DNA of 43,825 nt from a virus (lineage: Duplodnaviria > Heunggongvirae > Uroviricota > Caudoviricetes), in IMG/VR virus record IMGVR_UViG_2711768001_000012. One strand, written 5' to 3'. The notes beneath the pieces are model-generated. The model saw nothing but the letters and a program-made list of their open reading frames with translations. It made no database searches and was not told the DNA's origin. The position numbers and the translations under genes are program-made. Of this stretch, positions 38,248 through 43,825 are shown in pieces. Positions within the stretch are counted from its first letter, which is position 1. Every line of letters begins with the position of its first letter.

Positions 38248-38945
38248 TGCAGGACATACAACAGGAAACGCTGAATGAATGCATTCGTGCGGAGCAGTCG
38301 GCCAGCGTGGTGCTCTGGGAAATCGACCTGACCGAGGTAGGCGGGGATCGCTACTTTTTCTGCAATGAGCAGAACGAGAAAGGAGAGTCTGTCACCTGGC
38401 AGAGTCGGCAGTATCAGGCCTATCCCATTCAGGGGAGTGGATTTGAGATGAACGGCAAAGGTGCCAGTGCAAGGCCAACGCTGAAAGTCTCTAATCTGCA
38501 CGGCATGGTCACCGGGATGGCGGAAGACCTGCAGAGTCTGGTCGGCGGAACGGTGGTCAGGCGTAAGGTTTACGCCCGTTTTCTGGATGCGGTGAACTTC
38601 GTCAACGGAAACAGTGACGCCGATCCGGAGCAGGAGGTGATCAGCCGCTGGCGTATTGAGCAGTGCAGCGAACTGAGCGCGGTCAGTGCCTCCTTTGTAC
38701 TGTCCACGCCGACGGAAACGGACGGCGCTGTTTTTCCGGGGCGCATCATGCTTGCTAATACCTGCACCTGGACCTATCGCGGTGATGAGTGCGGTTATCA
38801 CGGTCCGGCTGTCGCGGATGAATATGACCAGCCAACGTCCGATATCACGAAGGATAAATGCAGCAAATGCCTGAGCGGTTGTAAGTTCCGCAATAACGTC
38901 GGCAACTTTGGCGGCTTCCTTTCCATTAACAAACTTTCGCAGTAA
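38247..38945 (+). CDS. Minor tail protein L (lambda gpL-like)
   Basis: 232 aa, MQDIQQETLNECIRAEQSASVVLWEIDLTEVGGDRYFFCNEQNEKGE... near-identical to lambda L as recalled. Confidence 0.9.
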   Translation: MQDIQQETLNECIRAEQSASVVLWEIDLTEVGGDRYFFCNEQNEKGESVTWQSRQYQAYPIQGSGFEMNGKGASARPTLKVSNLHGMVTGMAEDLQSLVGGTVVRRKVYARFLDAVNFVNGNSDADPEQEVISRWRIEQCSELSAVSASFVLSTPTETDGAVFPGRIMLANTCTWTYRGDECGYHGPAVADEYDQPTSDITKDKCSKCLSGCKFRNNVGNFGGFLSINKLSQ

Positions 38946-38950
38946 ATCCC

Positions 38951-39694
38951 ATGACACAGACAGAATCAGCGATTCTGGCGCACGCCCGGCGATGTGCGCC
39001 AGCGGAGTCGTGCGGCTTCGTGGTGAGAACACCGGAGGGGGAAAGATATTTTCCCTGCGTGAATATTTCCGGTGAGCCGGAGGAGTATTTCCGGATGGCT
39101 CCGGAGGACTGGCTGCAGGCAGAGATGCAGGGTGAGATTGTGGCGCTGGTCCACAGCCACCCCGGTGGTCTGCCCTGGCTGAGTGAGGCCGACCGGCGGC
39201 TGCAGGTGCAGAGTGATTTGTCGTGGTGGCTGGTCTGCCGCGGGGCGATTCACAAGTTCCGCTGTGTGCCGCATCTCACCGGGCGGCGCTTTGAGCACGG
39301 GGTGACGGACTGTTACACGCTGTTCCGGGACGCTTACCATCTGGCGGGAATTGAGATGCCAGATTTTCATCGTGAGGACGACTGGTGGCGTAATGGTCAG
39401 AATCTCTATCTGGATAATCTGGAGGCTACAGGGCTGTATCAGGTGCCGTTGTCAACGGCGCAGCCGGGCGATGTGCTGCTGTGCTGTTTTGGTTCATCGG
39501 TGCCGAATCATGCCGCCATTTACTGTGGTGACGGCGAGCTGCTGCACCATATTCCTGAACAACTGAGCAAACGAGAGAGGTATACCGACAAATGGCAGCG
39601 ACGCACACACTCCCTCTGGCGTCACCGGGCATGGCACGCATCTGCCTTTACGGGGATTTGCAGCGATTTGGCCGCCGCATCGACCTTCGTGTGA
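38951..39694 (+). CDS. Tail tip assembly protein K (lambda gpK-like, JAB/MPN plus NlpC/P60)
   Basis: HSHPGGLPWLSEAD JAMM-like motif; sequence matches lambda K as recalled; overlaps the start of I. Confidence 0.85.
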   Translation: MTQTESAILAHARRCAPAESCGFVVRTPEGERYFPCVNISGEPEEYFRMAPEDWLQAEMQGEIVALVHSHPGGLPWLSEADRRLQVQSDLSWWLVCRGAIHKFRCVPHLTGRRFEHGVTDCYTLFRDAYHLAGIEMPDFHREDDWWRNGQNLYLDNLEATGLYQVPLSTAQPGDVLLCCFGSSVPNHAAIYCGDGELLHHIPEQLSKRERYTDKWQRRTHSLWRHRAWHASAFTGICSDLAAASTFV

Positions 39695-40099
39695 AAACGG
39701 GGGCCGAAGCCATCCGGGCACTGGCCACACAGCTCCCGGCATTTCGTCAGAAACTGAGCGACGGCTGGTATCAGGTGCGCATTGCCGGGCGTGATGCAGG
39801 CGAAAATGAATTATCTGCCCGTCTTAATGAACCGCTGGCAAATGGTGCCGTGATCCACATCGTTCCGCGTCTGGCGGGTGCCAAAAGTGGCGGTGTGTTT
39901 CAGGCGGTGCTGGGTGCGGCGCTGATTGCGGTGGCATGGTGGAACCCTGTGGGCTGGCTGGGGGCCGCGGCTGTATCGGGTATGTATGCAGCAGGGGCCA
40001 GTATGATCCTGGGTGGTGTGGCGCAGATGCTGGCACCGAAAGCCAGGACGCCCACGGCAGCCAGTACAGATAACGGCAAACAGAACACGTATTTCTCGT
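39592..40099 (+). CDS. Tail tip assembly protein I (lambda gpI-like), 3' end lost in N-run
   Basis: MAATHTLPLASPGMARICLYGDLQRFGRRIDLRVKTGAEAIRALATQLPAFRQKLSDGWYQVRIAGRD... matches lambda I; truncated by the N-run at 40100. Confidence 0.8.
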
Positions 40100-40448
40100 N
40101 NNNNNNNNNNNNNNNNNNNNNNNNNNNNNNNNNNNNNNNNNNNNNNNNNNNNNNNNNNNNNNNNNNNNNNNNNNNNNNNNNNNNNNNNNNNNNNNNNNNN
40201 NNNNNNNNNNNNNNNNNNNNNNNNNNNNNNNNNNNNNNNNNNNNNNNNNNNNNNNNNNNNNNNNNNNNNNNNNNNNNNNNNNNNNNNNNNNNNNNNNNNN
40301 NNNNNNNNNNNNNNNNNNNNNNNNNNNNNNNNNNNNNNNNNNNNNNNNNNNNNNNNNNNNNNNNNNNNNNNNNNNNNNNNNNNNNNNNNNNNNNNNNNNN
40401 NNNNNNNNNNNNNNNNNNNNNNNNNNNNNNNNNNNNNNNNNNNNNNNN
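40100..40448. other. Run of 349 N covering the I/J junction
   Basis: Ambiguous bases hide the 3' end of I and the 5' end of J. Confidence 0.99.

Positions 40449-43825
<3,377 letters not shown>

Overview
This window is the left ~44 kb of a Rac-like lambdoid prophage of Escherichia/Shigella type, running from the integrase stop codon (pos 1-3) to the middle of the J tail-tip gene; attL is not in the window. Reading left to right: int-xis and a leftward early operon (ydaC-like, Lar/RalR, recT, recE, racC, ydaE, kilR, ydaF, ydaG) with sieB on the opposite strand; an immunity region (HTH repressor divergent from ydaS-ydaT); replication genes (ydaU-like, DnaC-like loader); a low-GC accessory island (a two-gene cassette with a HEPN-like Rx4H motif protein and a tentatively GNAT-like protein, plus a reverse-oriented YeaR/DUF1971-like gene); a nin-like region (DUF1367, DUF1364, Q-like antiterminator); hairpin terminators; two paralogous lipoproteins whose C-termini resemble TolA domain III; a phage-21-type lysis cassette (pinholin, SAR endolysin, Rz with embedded Rz1); the trkG potassium-transporter moron; a ParB-like protein and a possible glycosyltransferase; then terminase, portal, head, and a lambda-like tail module (G/GT frameshift, tape measure, M, L, K, I, J). 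Six N-runs interrupt the DnaC-like gene, the endolysin, I and J, and their lengths do not preserve reading frames. J also shows a frame break in unmasked sequence. All identifications are by eye from the translated ORFs and recalled protein families; no database search was run. The two best candidates for an undescribed system are the HEPN-like/GNAT-like cassette (11626-13665) and the TolA-domain-III-like lipoprotein pair (17911-18885).
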